A stretch of DNA of 64,000 nucleotides from Geosiphon pyriformis uo1 (taxonomy: Eukaryota; Fungi; Glomeromycota), in the NCBI GenBank assembly GCA_016748015.1, contig JAAOMT010000602.1, positions 1,191,696 to 1,255,695 of the forward strand, given 5' to 3'. Made by a program: the position numbers and the translations under genes. Below the pieces are notes generated by a model that worked only from the letters and a program-made list of their open reading frames with translations, had not been told where the DNA came from and did not search any database. Below, piece by piece: positions 23,400 to 37,789 of this stretch (position 1 is the first letter of the stretch; every line of letters begins with the position of its first letter).

Positions 23400-25167
23400 A
23401 CAGTTTACTGAAATTGGTAGCTAATTAATTTCAAAAATATTAGTTGAGTTTTGGGAATTTTAAGTATAATAATTAAAGATTTGGGTTTTTGAATATTTAA
23501 TTTTTATTTAATTTTGTAAAGACATATAAGAAATAATTGATTTTAGTTAATATATCTAAGGTAAAATAAGATACATTTTCTTAAAAAGAGAAGTTCTTCT
23601 TTTATACAACTTGTTATAGTATTAGTTTATAAATTTGAACTTTTTTTTTTGCTATGATTTTAATAAATTAAAGATACATTTTAGCAAACTACAAGTTATT
23701 TTAATAAACTATTAACTATTTTGGTGAATTTATTTATTATTTTAACAAATTTTTACAAATTTCAGCAAATTCTTAAATATTAAGTGGTTTAGAGTATTAT
23801 GTAATTTGATTATCTTAATTTCTATGATATAAATCAAGTTATTAATTAAATAGTAATATTTAATAATTTGATTAAATAATAAGTAGTAATTTGAAACAAT
23901 ATTAATATATGTTAATTAATAATAGGAATTATAAGAGTAGTTTTATGCTAATTAATAGTTAAAATTTTACTAGTAACAGTGACTTTTAAATTTTCTTAAT
24001 TTCCCAAGTGGAATTTAATTTTTTTGTTGATATAGAAATTAAAAGCTGATTCTGCTGGCCAATAATTACTTGTTAGTCTAAGATAAATTTATTAGTATTA
24101 AAATAAAAATTTTGCAAATCTTAAATAATTTTCTTCTATAATTTTTTGATCTGCCACTTTTCCAAATAATTGATGTTGGTACTGGTTTTTTGTTGAATTA
24201 TATTTTATAAGGAGCACCAAATATTATAAATAATTATTTAGAGTATTAAAACAAATAACAAATTTGTAACTTAGTGCTAAAGAGTTAATAATGTTAATAA
24301 TATCTGAAGATTTTAGAGTCTAAAGATTTTGAAGTTTGAAGGTTTTGGAGTCTAAAGGTTTTGGTTAAGTTTTTTGTATAATGGATAAAGATTTAATTGA
24401 TGGTTTCTTCTATGAATTTTTTTCTTCAATATAATGGCTGGTTTATTCTAATAGTTGTGCTTTTTTAGTAAGCTATTCTTAAATTTCTATCCTTATTTCT
24501 GGGTCTTTTACCAGATTATTCTTGACATCAAATATTTAGTACTTAATTTTTTTAATTAATTAGTAAACAACAAGAAAACAAACAAAAGAAAATAAAAAAA
24601 TAAAAAAAAATAAAAAATTAGTACTCTATTAATAAACATAATCAAAAGCTATTGGTTTAATGTAATTAAATATTAAATTCTATTTACATGAAATATTAAT
24701 AAAGTGAAAGTGATTAATATTTTTAATTAAGTAATAATAATATAGATTCAAGTAATAATTAATATTTTATTGATATGTGATTTAATTTTACTTCAAGTTA
24801 TAGAAAACTACTTTTTAAAAAGAGAGATATTGAGTAATTAATAGGTTCTAACTAATTGTTGGTATCAATTCTGTTTTTTTTGTTTTTAATGTTTTCACTA
24901 TATATATATTTTTTTTATTATATAAGATCTCTCATTTTCTTGAATAATGTGTCTTATTTTCTCTAACAATATGCTCATTGTTAAGCAGTATGTTATAATT
25001 TTCTAACAATGTGCTTATTACTAAACAGTATGCTATAATTTATTAACAATATACATATTGTTAAGCAATATGTCATAATTTACTAATATTATGCTTATTT
25101 GTTAAGTACTATTCTTTTATTGGTCTATTTTTTTTACTTTTTTTTTTGTACTTTTCTATAAGTAACA
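23400..25167 (-). mobile_element. Element 4: more decayed type-B LTR (25167-24222), PBS and gag start, interrupted by element 3
   Basis: Reverse complement TGTTACTTATAG start, PBS TGGTGCTCC, gag-like PAESAFNFYIN at about 24025-24060. Confidence 0.8.
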
Positions 25168-25199
25168 TTATACATTTAAATATCTTTATAACAATAATG

Positions 25200-25807
25200 C
25201 TTACAATAGAATTTTGTTCAAGTTTGGAATATATTAAGTATTATTATCAAATATTGTTGCTTTTTTTTCTGTAATCTTTCAGGATTTGTTTTTTTGTATA
25301 CAGAATATCAACTTATATTCTACTCTAACAAAAGACTTTATGTCTAAAAGTTGGTGTAATAAGGCTTTAAATATGTTTGGCAATTCTGGGTTAGTAGATT
25401 TATAGATAATAATATTTGTAAAAGACTTAGCTTTGACTTATAGATTTGAAATATAGTATTATAAAGCTTAATACAAAGCTAATATGAAAAAAAAAATGTA
25501 ATAATTGTCAATAATAGTGTAATTTCTTATGACTTTAGCAGTATAAGCAAATTGAATAACAGATTAGTTATATTGCTTAATATAGAAAAAAATAGAGATA
25601 TATACTTTAGTATATAATTTAAATGTTTATTTTTTTTGGGTTTGAAAGATAATATAATAGTGGTGGCTAGTTTGTAGTATAGTCTTAATTTGTTTAAATG
25701 GCTAGTTACATATAGCAAGTATCTAAATTGTATTTAGTTTATAATATGTATATATTATATGTTCCTAAATAATGATTGGACTATACTCATTAAATCTAAT
25801 AAAAAAT
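25200..25807 (+). mobile_element. Decayed LINE 3' fragment
   Basis: Ends in the family 3' motif GATTGGACTATACTCATTAA plus an A-rich tail. LTKDFMSKSW resembles the ORF2 C-terminal region of the large LINE. Confidence 0.6.
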
Positions 25808-25819
25808 AATAATTTTTTT

Positions 25820-26024
25820 AATAGTCAAACTTGAACATGTTTATAAACTTCAAACTAAATTTAAACCAAACTTGTTATATGTGTTTAGATTCAGTTTAAG
25901 TTTAGTAATTTTAAGTCTAATTTAAGTTTGAGTTTGAAATTTTGCCAAATCTTTTGTTTGAGTTTAGTTTGATTTAATAGTTTGATTAAATTTAAACCAA
26001 ACTGAACTGAACATTAGAACTCTA
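25820..26024. mobile_element. Terminal region of a hAT/MITE-like DNA transposon
   Basis: Clustered AAACCAAACTGAAC and GTTTGAGTTT subterminal motifs (CpG-decayed CCGAA repeats) ending in TTAGAACTCTA (reverse complement TAGAG...). Confidence 0.4.
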
Positions 26025-26059
26025 GATTTTACAACCAATTTTAAAAAATCAACAGAAAT

Positions 26060-26930
26060 TTTTTTAATAATTACCTTCTAATCTGTACAGTTATTTACTT
26101 TTCTAATATTATCATAGACTAAAATTTTCTTACTAATAGCCATTTTTTTAGTTTTTTTTAAACTTAATTCTGATGTAAAAGATAATTTAATTATTTTTGG
26201 AAATTTTGAGAAAGTGGAAGCTCTTCTAAAATCATTAATACAATAAAAAAAATTTTTATTGCAATTAATTTATTATTATTAGTTTTGTCAAAAACAGCAG
26301 ATAGCTCAATATTTAGTACAAAAAATTTAACTGGCTTAAAATTCTTTTTTTTTAAGACATATAACTCAATAATTGACAAATATTTGGTGCCAGAAAACTT
26401 AAAATCTGATAGTATTAAAAATATTGTCATTATTATTACTTAAGTTATTAAAGAAAATTTTTTTTAACTGGTTGTTTAAAACATATATTTTGGTACATAT
26501 TTTTCTAAGTATAATATTATTCATTATATTGTTAATCTCTAAAGCATTTAAATTAGTATAGTTGGTTTTTTTTACAACTATGTTTTTTATATTTTCAAGT
26601 TTGAAATTCTGCTAATACTGCTTGTCTTACTGTTTACTTTATTGTTCTAAGATTTTATAGACTTAATACTATTAGTTTTTAAATTTGTAAAACTTAAAAA
26701 GTTAATAAATAATTTAACTATATTGTTAACAATAACAAAATTTTTTGGTTTTTATAGAATACTCTATATAAGTGTGTACTTTTCAAATACTTATTTTTAA
26801 TGCCAGACTGGGTCTCTAATTCAGCTAAACCAGATACCAATTCATTAGCAAAAAAGTTTATTAATTCTATAGTCATAAACAAAAGTGTATTAAAAAAAAT
26901 AGCTACAAAACTAAAAGAAAAACAGAGTAG
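26060..26930 (-). pseudogene. LINE ORF1 5' fragment
   Basis: KFFVLNIELSAVFDKTNNNKLIAIK is homologous to KFFALNIDL...DKLYFVRK in ORF1 at about 35650-35780. Confidence 0.65.
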
Positions 26931-27657
26931 AGAAAATAATTTTTTTGGTATATATTAGCTCTTGTTATAACCAGAAAATTAACAAGAAAAAAGTTTTTTG
27001 TATATATTAAATTATAATTAAATTACATTTTATTAAAATATTTTTATTAAAAATTAGTTATAAATATTTAATTATTAAAAACTTTATACAAAATTATAAT
27101 TTAATTTATTATATAATTAATATTTTATAAATTAAATTTTACTCTTTTTTTTTCTAAAAATTTAAATTATTAAAATTAAAAAAACTAAAATTTTAAGTTA
27201 TAAAAATATTAAACTTTTTTTAATATTAATATTTTGCTAATATATCTAAAATTATAGCAAAAAAACTATAATTAACCAGAAAAAATTTTCGAATATAAGT
27301 ATTTTAATTCAAAAATAGCAACAAAAAAATTTAAAAATAAAGTTAAAATTATATTTATTATTTATATATAATTAATTATTTAAGTCAGTTAAAATTAAAT
27401 TATATTAAATTTATAAAAAAACTCTATTTTAAAAAATATTATATATATAAATAATTAATATACAATTATTTTTAATAAATTTATTTATTAATTTAGTAAT
27501 ATTATTTGTTTTTAATTTAATATTAAAAGTTTAATATTTTTAAAAAGCTATTATTTAAACAAATATTTTTTATTAATTTTATTATTTAAAATACTTATAT
27601 TTTTATTATTTTTAGTTTTATATTTTAAAATTTATTAATTTTTTTATTATTATATTT

Positions 27658-30600
27658 TACAAGTGAAGTCCAAATACTGCCTAGTAAAATACATAATATA
27701 AGTAATCTAAATTAGGTGTGAATCATACAATATTTACACATAATCAGCCATTCAAGCTAATCAGAACAACATTAAGCATCTATATATACCAAAACAGTGT
27801 CCTTAATGTTCAAAACAAACAAACAAGACTTATATAATCTAAAACCAATACCAAATATCTTAGTACCAAGCAATTTAACTATATCAGCAAAAAGTGCTGA
27901 AGACATTTCAAAAACCAAAACAGATACTAAACTATTTAGTGGTATTAGACCATTCTTTTTTATAAAGACATAGTATATAGTACAAATTAACCAAATCTTA
28001 TCTCTAAAAGCAAGACAAAAATCACACACAAAGTTCATAATCTTCAAACTTGCAACTTTGAAATCTCTAAAAATAGACACAGTCTTCTAAAGCCAATCAC
28101 TAAAAACAAAACCCTTGCAAAGAGCTATATATATTGCAACATTCGAAGCACAGAAAAATAACAACTGAATTATACAAGAAAAAAAACAAAAAAAACCAGA
28201 CAGTACACTCTAAGCAGTCACAAAAGTGTTCAACAGTTAACAGTAAACAGAATTGTTAAATATACAAAAAAAAACATAGTTTAAAACCTTAATATTGTCA
28301 CAAAACATACACAATATGCTAGGATAGTGCTTGTTATATTGACATTTTTAAATAGCCATAGGTAGCCAATAGTGCAAAGTCTTCATAAAATAAGTATGAA
28401 TATCAGCAGTCAGTTTACTAATAAAATCAGCAAACATGTGAGAATCAGAGTGCCACACCAAAAATGAACTTAGCCAATTAACATTTAAGACCAAACTATC
28501 TGTCAAGATCTTAGAGCCAAAGCCAATCTTCTAATGTATACAATATATAGACCAAAAGATATTACAAATAAAATATCTAGAATTATCAGAAACAACATTA
28601 TTACCAGTCTTATAAAATATTCCTTCAAATAAGAGAAAAAATGCCAATTAGAAAAAGATACAACATTAGCAAGTACATCAATGCATTTATTATTCAGAAC
28701 CTCCAAGTAATCTTTTACTTTATGCCAACTAACATTCAAATTCTTGTTTTGAATAATATTTATAATGTGCTGACATTCAACCCAGCATTTATTTCGAAAA
28801 TCTAAACACACTAAACTCAACTTTAATTTGTACACATTTAAAGTGGCTTGACTATCCATAAAAAATTAAACTGAGCTATAAGAAAGAACACACTTAAGAG
28901 CCAATACAATAGCATACAACTTCATAAAAGTTGAAAACATTAGACCAGAAACTCCAACATCCAAACCCAAGCCAACATTTTCAAAAAAAACTGCAGCTTC
29001 AGTCTTTATGCCAGATGTCCTCATGTTTTTCAGAAATCCATTCATGTAAACAAATAGACTATCAGCATCAATATTTAACAAACAACTTTGAACTAATCCA
29101 AACTTATAAAATTCAAGAATATTTGAAAACTCAAAACCACTCAACATAAGAAACAAGCAGAAAAAGACATCACACCACTAAAAAACTTAATAGAAAGCTC
29201 AAACCATTTAAAAATAAGGCCACAAAGATCCAATTTTTTCTATTGCTTAAAGGTCTTCTAATTAAAAATAGTACTATTATGACCACAAAGTTGTTTTACA
29301 AAAGCAATGCTATATTGCCAAAGTGAAAAAAAAAATTTAAAAAACTTAGAATTACCAAGAATAAAAGACATAAAAGTTCCACTTAAAAAATGGAAAGAAT
29401 TGTTTAAGGGATTACCTAAAGATAAATCATATTCAAAGAAAAAACAAACTACATCTGTCAAAAAATTATTAAAAAAACTGATCTTAATACAAGTTAGAAA
29501 GCTCAAAAAATAAAATAGACACCAACACAGAACTTGCAAATTGTAAGACCTGTGTAAAAAAAGATAATCCAAAACATCAACAGAGTTTGTAAAACACACA
29601 ATGAAAGCCAGTTTGTTTTTAATCTGAATTTGTTTAAAAGTCTTTAAATCATACAAAGAAAAGTGGTGAATTACATTACTAAGAAAGTCAAAAAATAGAC
29701 CAAATTTTGATTTCAAGTCCTTACAAATCAAAACATCCCACTTCTTATATACACTAATCAGAATAAAGCTGAATTGCATTCTATAGTTAACAATAGAATG
29801 AAGAATTACTGACACCAAATATGAAAACTACTTATTTGAGATGGCTTTTTTCAGAACTAGATTAGAAAAAAACTGAATATTAAAATGTGCTTTAGCCAAG
29901 TTAGGTTTTGACAACTCTTTAGTAGATAAAAAGATATCCAAATAATAATAAGATTCTCTTTTTTTGGTGATAAAAATAGACAAACCACTAATAAACAAAA
30001 AAAGACTTCTCACTTTGCAATTGATAGAAATGGTTACCATTTTGTTATTATTAATGAAGATATTATTAATCTGAAAAAACTTGCTAGCAATATCTAAAAT
30101 GTGTTAGATAATAGTTTGACTGCTACCAACTCAAATTGTATTATTAATAAAAGCCTTAGCAGCAAAAAAAATTAACAAACCAGTTCAAAATTCTACACAA
30201 CCAGATTTGGTGACAAAATAAAAAATCAATTTATACTTATACACACTTTTTTGTCTCTTGATTTTACACAAAAAAAGATCATAAAATATGCACTATAAGA
30301 GAAATAAGAACACTTTTCTCTGGTCCAAACCATTATGCACTTAATAATCACCAGAAAATCCAAAGTTGGTCATAATCCTGTTAACACAGCCATTGTAAAT
30401 ACCACCAAAAAATCTAATGAATTTGCTACACATTTTTATTTTAATTAAATTTTTTTAAGATGCTTTTATTCAACTAAGTTATAAGTCTTTTGCATGTGCT
30501 GCAAAACCAATCAAAGTTTACAGTTCTTTTCCAAAGCATCCTCAATTACTAAATCAATGGCAAAAATAGAAAATTGTGTTGTCATACTCTTCAAAACTGA

Positions 30601-33600
30601 AAAATTATTCTCACAGAGAACATCAAAAGTGCTACAAGCCAAAAAAATTCTGTTAGAAAAAATCTTGGAAAGAATTTTACAAACAGTTTTAATTAAAACA
30701 ATGGATTAAGTATTTGTAAAAATGCCTTTCTACTTATATGGTTTGAAGATCATCAAAATTCAAGCTTCCTTCCAGAAACTAAGTACCAATTTACAAGTTA
30801 AGCATAAATTTAAAAACACCAAAAATGCATTCAAAATAAATCTGTCATAATGTTTTCAGAGCTTATTGAAGATACTAAAAAGACTGGCAGCTTTGCTATT
30901 AGATAAACCAAAAATTACATTAAACAATTCACCAAAACTAATTAGACACATCATATTTAAGAAGGCATCATCAAAAACATACTCCATTATATTTCTTAGT
31001 CTATCCTTTCATAATCACATCTACTTTGGACTTAACCAAATCAGATTTCAAAATCAGTTTGTTATTAACAATCAGATGGTCTAAAACCACTTTGCAAAAA
31101 AAATATTCCAACACACTTCTAATAATATGACTCTTGTTTATCTCAAAACTATTTATTCTGTTGTTAATTACTAACCTAATTCAAGATTTTTCAGTATGTT
31201 TCAATTATAATATCTTAAAAAAACAGTATGATTTTCTAATTTTAACCAAAGCAGATCTAATAGTATCAAAATATAAACCCAAAAGAAAAAGAAACTTTAC
31301 TATAGAAGCATTTACAGTAATAAATTTGTCTCATGTATTAAGCAACAAAGTAAACTTATTGTTAAAAACCAGACAAAAAGCCTTAACTAGCTTTGATGTC
31401 AAAAGTTTCAACTTGTGAAAATAAGAAGATTTCTTAGTAAAAACACTATTATAACTTTTGAACCAAGACTTTGAAAAAACTTTATTGGCCAAAAGACAAA
31501 CAACTTTATGAACAACACTCTACATGCTATTTAGGTCCAAAAAGCAAATAAAATTAAAAAACTTATCAATGAATAAGGTTCTATTATTACAAATTAAAAT
31601 CCTAAACTGTTTTTATTTAATGCTATCTGAATTTTTGAAGTTGAACTTCTACCTATTCTTATTGGTCTGAACATAAGTGGTCCTTAGAATTGGATTCAAG
31701 ATATCCTCAAGACCAATTGTGATCTAAACAGTACTGTAATTAGTGTTAAAAAATTTCTTTATGCTTACTATCTTCTCACTTATCAGTGTATTTGCCAAAC
31801 TATGTGAAATAAAAATATAATTAATGGTTTTTTTCACATTTTTTGAATTCTTCCAAGTGGGAGTCTTTACATATAAACTTCCAACCAGAGAATTAACTAA
31901 ACCCAAATCCATATACTTTCTAAAACTAGCACTTTACTNNNNNNNNNNNNNNNNNNNNTTTGGTGATAAAAATAGACAAACCACTAATAAACAAAAAAAG
32001 ACTTCTCACTTTGCAATTGATAGAAATGGTTACCATTTTGTTATTATTAATGAAGATATTATTAATCTGAAAAAACTTGCTAGCAATATCTAAAATGTGT
32101 TAGATAATAGTTTGACTGCTACCAACTCAAATTGTATTATTAATAAAAGCCTTAGCAGCAAAAAAAATTAACAAACCAGTTCAAAATTCTACACAACCAG
32201 ATTTGGTGACAAAATAAAAAATCAATTTATACTTATACACACTTTTTTGTCTCTTGATTTTACACAAAAAAAGATCATAAAATATGCACTATAAGAGAAA
32301 TAAGAACACTTTTCTCTGGTCCAAACCATTATGCACTTAATAATCACCAGAAAATCCAAAGTTGGTCATAATCCTGTTAACACAGCCATTGTAAATACCA
32401 CCAAAAAATCTAATGAATTTGCTACACATTTTTATTTTAATTAAATTTTTTTAAGATGCTTTTATTCAACTAAGTTATAAGTCTTTTGCATGTGCTGCAA
32501 AACCAATCAAAGTTTACAGTTCTTTTCCAAAGCATCCTCAATTACTAAATCAATGGCAAAAATAGAAAATTGTGTTGTCATACTCTTCAAAACTGAAAAA
32601 TTATTCTCACAGAGAACATCAAAAGTGCTACAAGCCAAAAAAATTCTGTTAGAAAAAATCTTGGAAAGAATTTTACAAACAGTTTTAATTAAAACAATGG
32701 ATTAAGTATTTGTAAAAATGCCTTTCTACTTATATGGTTTGAAGATCATCAAAATTCAAGCTTCCTTCCAGAAACTAAGTACCAATTTACAAGTTAAGCA
32801 TAAATTTAAAAACACCAAAAATGCATTCAAAATAAATCTGTCATAATGTTTTCAGAGCTTATTGAAGATACTAAAAAGACTGGCAGCTTTGCTATTAGAT
32901 AAACCAAAAATTACATTAAACAATTCACCAAAACTAATTAGACACATCATATTTAAGAAGGCATCATCAAAAACATACTCCATTATATTTCTTAGTCTAT
33001 CCTTTCATAATCACATCTACTTTGGACTTAACCAAATCAGATTTCAAAATCAGTTTGTTATTAACAATCAGATGGTCTAAAACCACTTTGCAAAAAAAAT
33101 ATTCCAACACACTTCTAATAATATGACTCTTGTTTATCTCAAAACTATTTATTCTGTTGTTAATTACTAACCTAATTCAAGATTTTTCAGTATGTTTCAA
33201 TTATAATATCTTAAAAAAACAGTATGATTTTCTAATTTTAACCAAAGCAGATCTAATAGTATCAAAATATAAACCCAAAAGAAAAAGAAACTTTACTATA
33301 GAAGCATTTACAGTAATAAATTTGTCTCATGTATTAAGCAACAAAGTAAACTTATTGTTAAAAACCAGACAAAAAGCCTTAACTAGCTTTGATGTCAAAA
33401 GTTTCAACTTGTGAAAATAAGAAGATTTCTTAGTAAAAACACTATTATAACTTTTGAACCAAGACTTTGAAAAAACTTTATTGGCCAAAAGACAAACAAC
33501 TTTATGAACAACACTCTACATGCTATTTAGGTCCAAAAAGCAAATAAAATTAAAAAACTTATCAATGAATAAGGTTCTATTATTACAAATTAAAATCCTA

Positions 33601-36350
33601 AACTGTTTTTATTTAATGCTATCTGAATTTTTGAAGTTGAACTTCTACCTATTCTTATTGGTCTGAACATAAGTGGTCCTTAGAATTGGATTCAAGATAT
33701 CCTCAAGACCAATTGTGATCTAAACAGTACTGTAATTAGTGTTAAAAAATTTCTTTATGCTTACTATCTTCTCACTTATCAGTGTATTTGCCAAACTATG
33801 TGAAATAAAAATATAATTAATGGTTTTTTTCACATTTTTTGAATTCTTCCAAGTGGGAGTCTTTACATATAAACTTCCAACCAGAGAATTAACTAAACCC
33901 AAATCCATATACTTTCTAAAACTAGCACTTTACTTAGTACTATTTTCATTAAAATTACTCCTTAATATAACAAAAGTGTTTTCATTGCAAACTCTGACAA
34001 TAAAAAAATTAATAATATTAGCCTAACTCAAGTGTCTATCTGAAAAGACCTCAATATACAAACCCAATACAACAACTAATTGTTTGTTTTTAAACAATAA
34101 ATAAATTGACAACAACCTATCCAGAATCTCAAAAACTTTCAAAACATGCTTTATCAAATAAACACTTATGATTACAACAACACTAGCACCCAAGAATCCA
34201 GAATTTAAACCTGAAGTAAACATTTTAACACTAGAAAATTTATTTGTAATCTAAAACCTAATGCTAGAATAAAGCTTAGTTTCAATAACAATTGAAATAT
34301 CATTCTTAAAATCCAAATACCAATAGACAATATCTTTCTACTTTGCAATATTGTTTATCTTTTTGACATTACATGTAGTAATTTTCCATACCAGACTACT
34401 CATTGAAAAGAAGTTTAGAAAAATGCACTATCAGCCAAAACCAAACTGTCAAAACAGACTGACAAACTCAGTACTAAGGCAGAAAGTCTCTTCAACATAT
34501 TCTTTAATTTAACCACATTAGGAGAAGTGGATAAATCCAAAACTGCAGCAGTTTTGCCACTAGTGGCTTTATCCAAGCTCTTTTTTATCACTATATTACT
34601 CATCTAATTATGTAATAGAAATGTTATTAGCAGTTAACATTCAGAGTTAGGCTGAAAAACTGCCAGCATAAGTGATTTTAATCTCTTAGCCAATTCACCA
34701 ATTTGTTTTGCAAAACTGGTAAGACTGCTTTTAATGTTGACCAAACATAATTTCAAATCATTCATAACAAACAGAAAAGATTTATTATTATTAACAGAAC
34801 CAAGATATAGTTTATCCTTATAATGTACATACATAAAAGAAGCACCAACCACTGATGTCCAAGTTTTCTTACCAAAAGCCAAAGGACAAGAGATGAGTGC
34901 AGACTTTTTTTCATAAATCTTTGCCAATCTGAATTGATTATGGGCTAAAAGAGGAGACTTCCTGCTTTTCAGAGCCAATAATACCTTTACAGACTTACAA
35001 ATAAGAGATATATGACCAGAAATCTTACAAACAAAACACAAAACAAGAGACAGATATAACCAATAAAAACCAACTTTTTTTATAATCAGAGTTACAATTA
35101 TTGTATTAGTTATATCCAACTTAGAGCCAAAGCACACAATAACACAACAAATATAGGTATAATTAACAGAATTATGATTAATGATGCAAGTTTTTTTACC
35201 AACTGAACCAATGAATTTCCAAATATCATGAGCAGTTATTTTTATGAAAAGTGTATAAAACAAAGCCCTAAACTCATCTTTGAAATCTCATGTTTATTTA
35301 TTAAGATCAGCTCTAGCTACTTAAACAGGATCTTTTTTAATAAAAATAGACCACTCAGAAGCCAAAAAATTGGTCTAATTCTGATCTTCCAATTTGATGA
35401 TTGCTTTTTGCTACAAATTTACCAATTGTATCTTGATTGACTTAATAACATCAAAATTAAATACAGCAGTACACACAGCTTTAACAGATGTTTTCACAGA
35501 AATTTCTTTCAACATAATTGTCTAATTCATGTGATTGTTGACAGGATGCTTAAAATTGGTGTTTATTACAATACCTCAACCATTTATCATTTTAGCTACA
35601 GTCATTATTGCTTTTTCAGATGTAAAAAAGGCCTGAATAATTTTACCAAATTTTGAGAGAATAAAAATTCTCTTAAAACCATTTACACTAGAGAAGAGTT
35701 TTCTGACAAAATACAATTTATCCTAAGCAGATTTGCCAGCCATTACCATAAGATCAATATTTAAAGCAAAAAACTTCCTAATTAAAACTTAAACTATAAG
35801 TTTAAGAGAGAGAAAAGGGAAAAGCAAAAGCAATTCATCCAAAACATTACTATTATTATTACTGTCCATACCAAATTCAATTGTACCCAGAGGCTTTCTA
35901 AGCACATGTTTTATAACTATTCTCTTTGGATCTTTGGATGTTATATTAGCATTATTACTATCAGATTTCCTTCTACTTTCCTGTTAGAAACTTGTCTCTT
36001 CTACCAAATACTTCTCCTCCATATTTATACTCTTCAACTTGGTAGTGTTTCCACTTACATGCTTAATTAAAATATCAGCAGCTCTTTTCATAGAAACACC
36101 AACTACAATAACAGATTCTTTTAACAAACCACTTTTGTGTTTTTTCTTAGCAGAGAAGTCAACAATAGCAAAACCAGAAAGTGACTTTTTCTTCGATTTT
36201 TTTATAATAAAATTACTATCATTATTACTACCAGCTTTATACTTGAACAGAAAAGATTTGGAAGTATTTAACTAAATAGCAAAATAGAAATAAGACAACA
36301 AAAACTTTTTTTAAAATTTGGACTTTTTCAAAAATTTAAGACACAGAAAA
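27658..36350 (-). mobile_element. Near-full-length decayed LINE: ORF1 with Zn knuckle, ORF2 APE-RT-RNase H
   Basis: ORF1 CFVCKISGHISLIC, stop at 34415. ORF2 ATG at 34403 (MSSLVWKITTCNV). RNase H segments VYMNGFLK..AAVFF, DSQA, WHKVK..N..VD. C-terminal CMFC. Family 3' motif at 27658. 5' boundary approximate. Confidence 0.88.
29963..33934. repeat. 1976-bp tandem duplication (29963-31938 and 31959-33934) around a 20-N gap; probable assembly artefact
   Basis: Identical ORF translations at a constant 1996-nt offset, with the junction exactly at the N run. Confidence 0.85.
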
Positions 36351-37021
36351 AAAAGAAATTTTTCCAATGTTTATTATTTATTAATCTTTTTATATAATTT
36401 ATTTTTAATATTGGTAATTTTTTTTAAACTTTAAAATGTTTTTTATTTAATTTATTATATAAGATAACCAATTTTATTATTAAAAAAACCAAAATATTTA
36501 TAAATCTAACAATAAACTTAACCAATAAAATCAACTTAATCAAATTAAATTTTAAAAAAACCAATTTAAAATTAACTAGTAACAATAATAGCAAAATTTT
36601 ATCATAAAACTTTATATTAATAAAACAAGATTTAAAAATCTTAAAATTAAAAACAATTATGTATTTTAATTATTAAAAAATTTAAAAACTTAAAAATAAA
36701 ATAAATATTATTATAAACTTAAAATATTAATTTGTTAATCATAAAAACAGTATAATTAAAACAATAATAATTAACTTAGTTTTAAATATAATATAAAAAA
36801 TAATAATTTTTATTAATTAAAAAAGAAAAAAAATTTATATTATTTTTTATTATTAAAATAATTAATTAACAAAAGTTATTTTAATAGTTTTAAAATTTTT
36901 AAAATACATAATAACATATTATTATGGCCAATATAATTTAAATTATTCATAAAAATATTATTAAAAACACTTATTATTTTTTTAATATTATTTACAAAAA
37001 TTTAAAGAAAAATATTATATA

Positions 37022-37423
37022 ATGAATTTCGTCTGTTACTTGGCTGAGAATCATAGGATGAACCTCTGGCTCTTTAGAGCTAAGTTCAGGTTTGACATGG
37101 AGAGAAGTGATTTGATTGGTAATGATGTTGTTGTGGCTAGTGCTTTTAGTGTGGGTGCTCTGTCTCTTTCAGCTGGCATGGTCTGTCTTACTAGTGTGTT
37201 GGATTCTCTTAATGTCAGTTTCAGTTTTAAGAATAGGTTCTTGTTTTTGTCTGGTGCTGTTCATAGAGTTAGTGTTTCTATAAGTGTGTAGTATTGCCTT
37301 GATTGGCTCAAGTGGCTGGTCACATGTAGCAAATGCGTGAACCATGTTTAGTTAGCTACTTTTCTTTGTAACTTATTCTAGACTTTGGTTGGGCTGCATT
37401 CGTTAATAAATAAATAAATAAAA
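37022..37423 (+). mobile_element. 5'-truncated LINE copy (ORF2 C-terminus, 3' UTR, (TAAA)n tail)
   Basis: ORF 37022-37291 is homologous to 27772-28080. Ends GGTTGGGCTGCATTCGTTAA(TAAA)n. Confidence 0.8.
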
Positions 37424-37650
37424 TATATTATATAAAATACAACAAAAACAGAAATAATAATAAATATTACAGAAAATTTAACAATATTTAAAATAATAAA
37501 AAACAGAAATCTAATAAACATAATTTGGTTAACAATATTTAAAAAAGTTTAAATAAGAAATTTTATATAAAACAGCTTAATATTATTTTTAAATTCTAAT
37601 TTTATATTATTAAAATTATATATAAATTAAAAAACAGTTTTAATATAAAC

Positions 37651-37695
37651 CATACTAGATAGCAATTGGGCTGTACTTGTTAAATAAATAAAAAA
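37651..37695 (+). mobile_element. Very short LINE 3' stub
   Basis: CATACTAGATAGCAATTGGGCTGTACTTGTTAA plus an A-rich tail. Confidence 0.6.
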
Positions 37696-37789
37696 TATAA
37701 ATCAATTTGGTTTTAAAAAAACATTAAACATTAAAATAAAAACTATTTGTTTAAAAATTTTTTAATAATTAATAATAATTTTCTAAGTA

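Noticed and set aside
29963-33934. 2-kb tandem duplication inside the LINE as a biological event
   Set aside because: The copies appear identical in an otherwise heavily mutated element and meet at an N gap, which is typical of an unmerged contig overlap.
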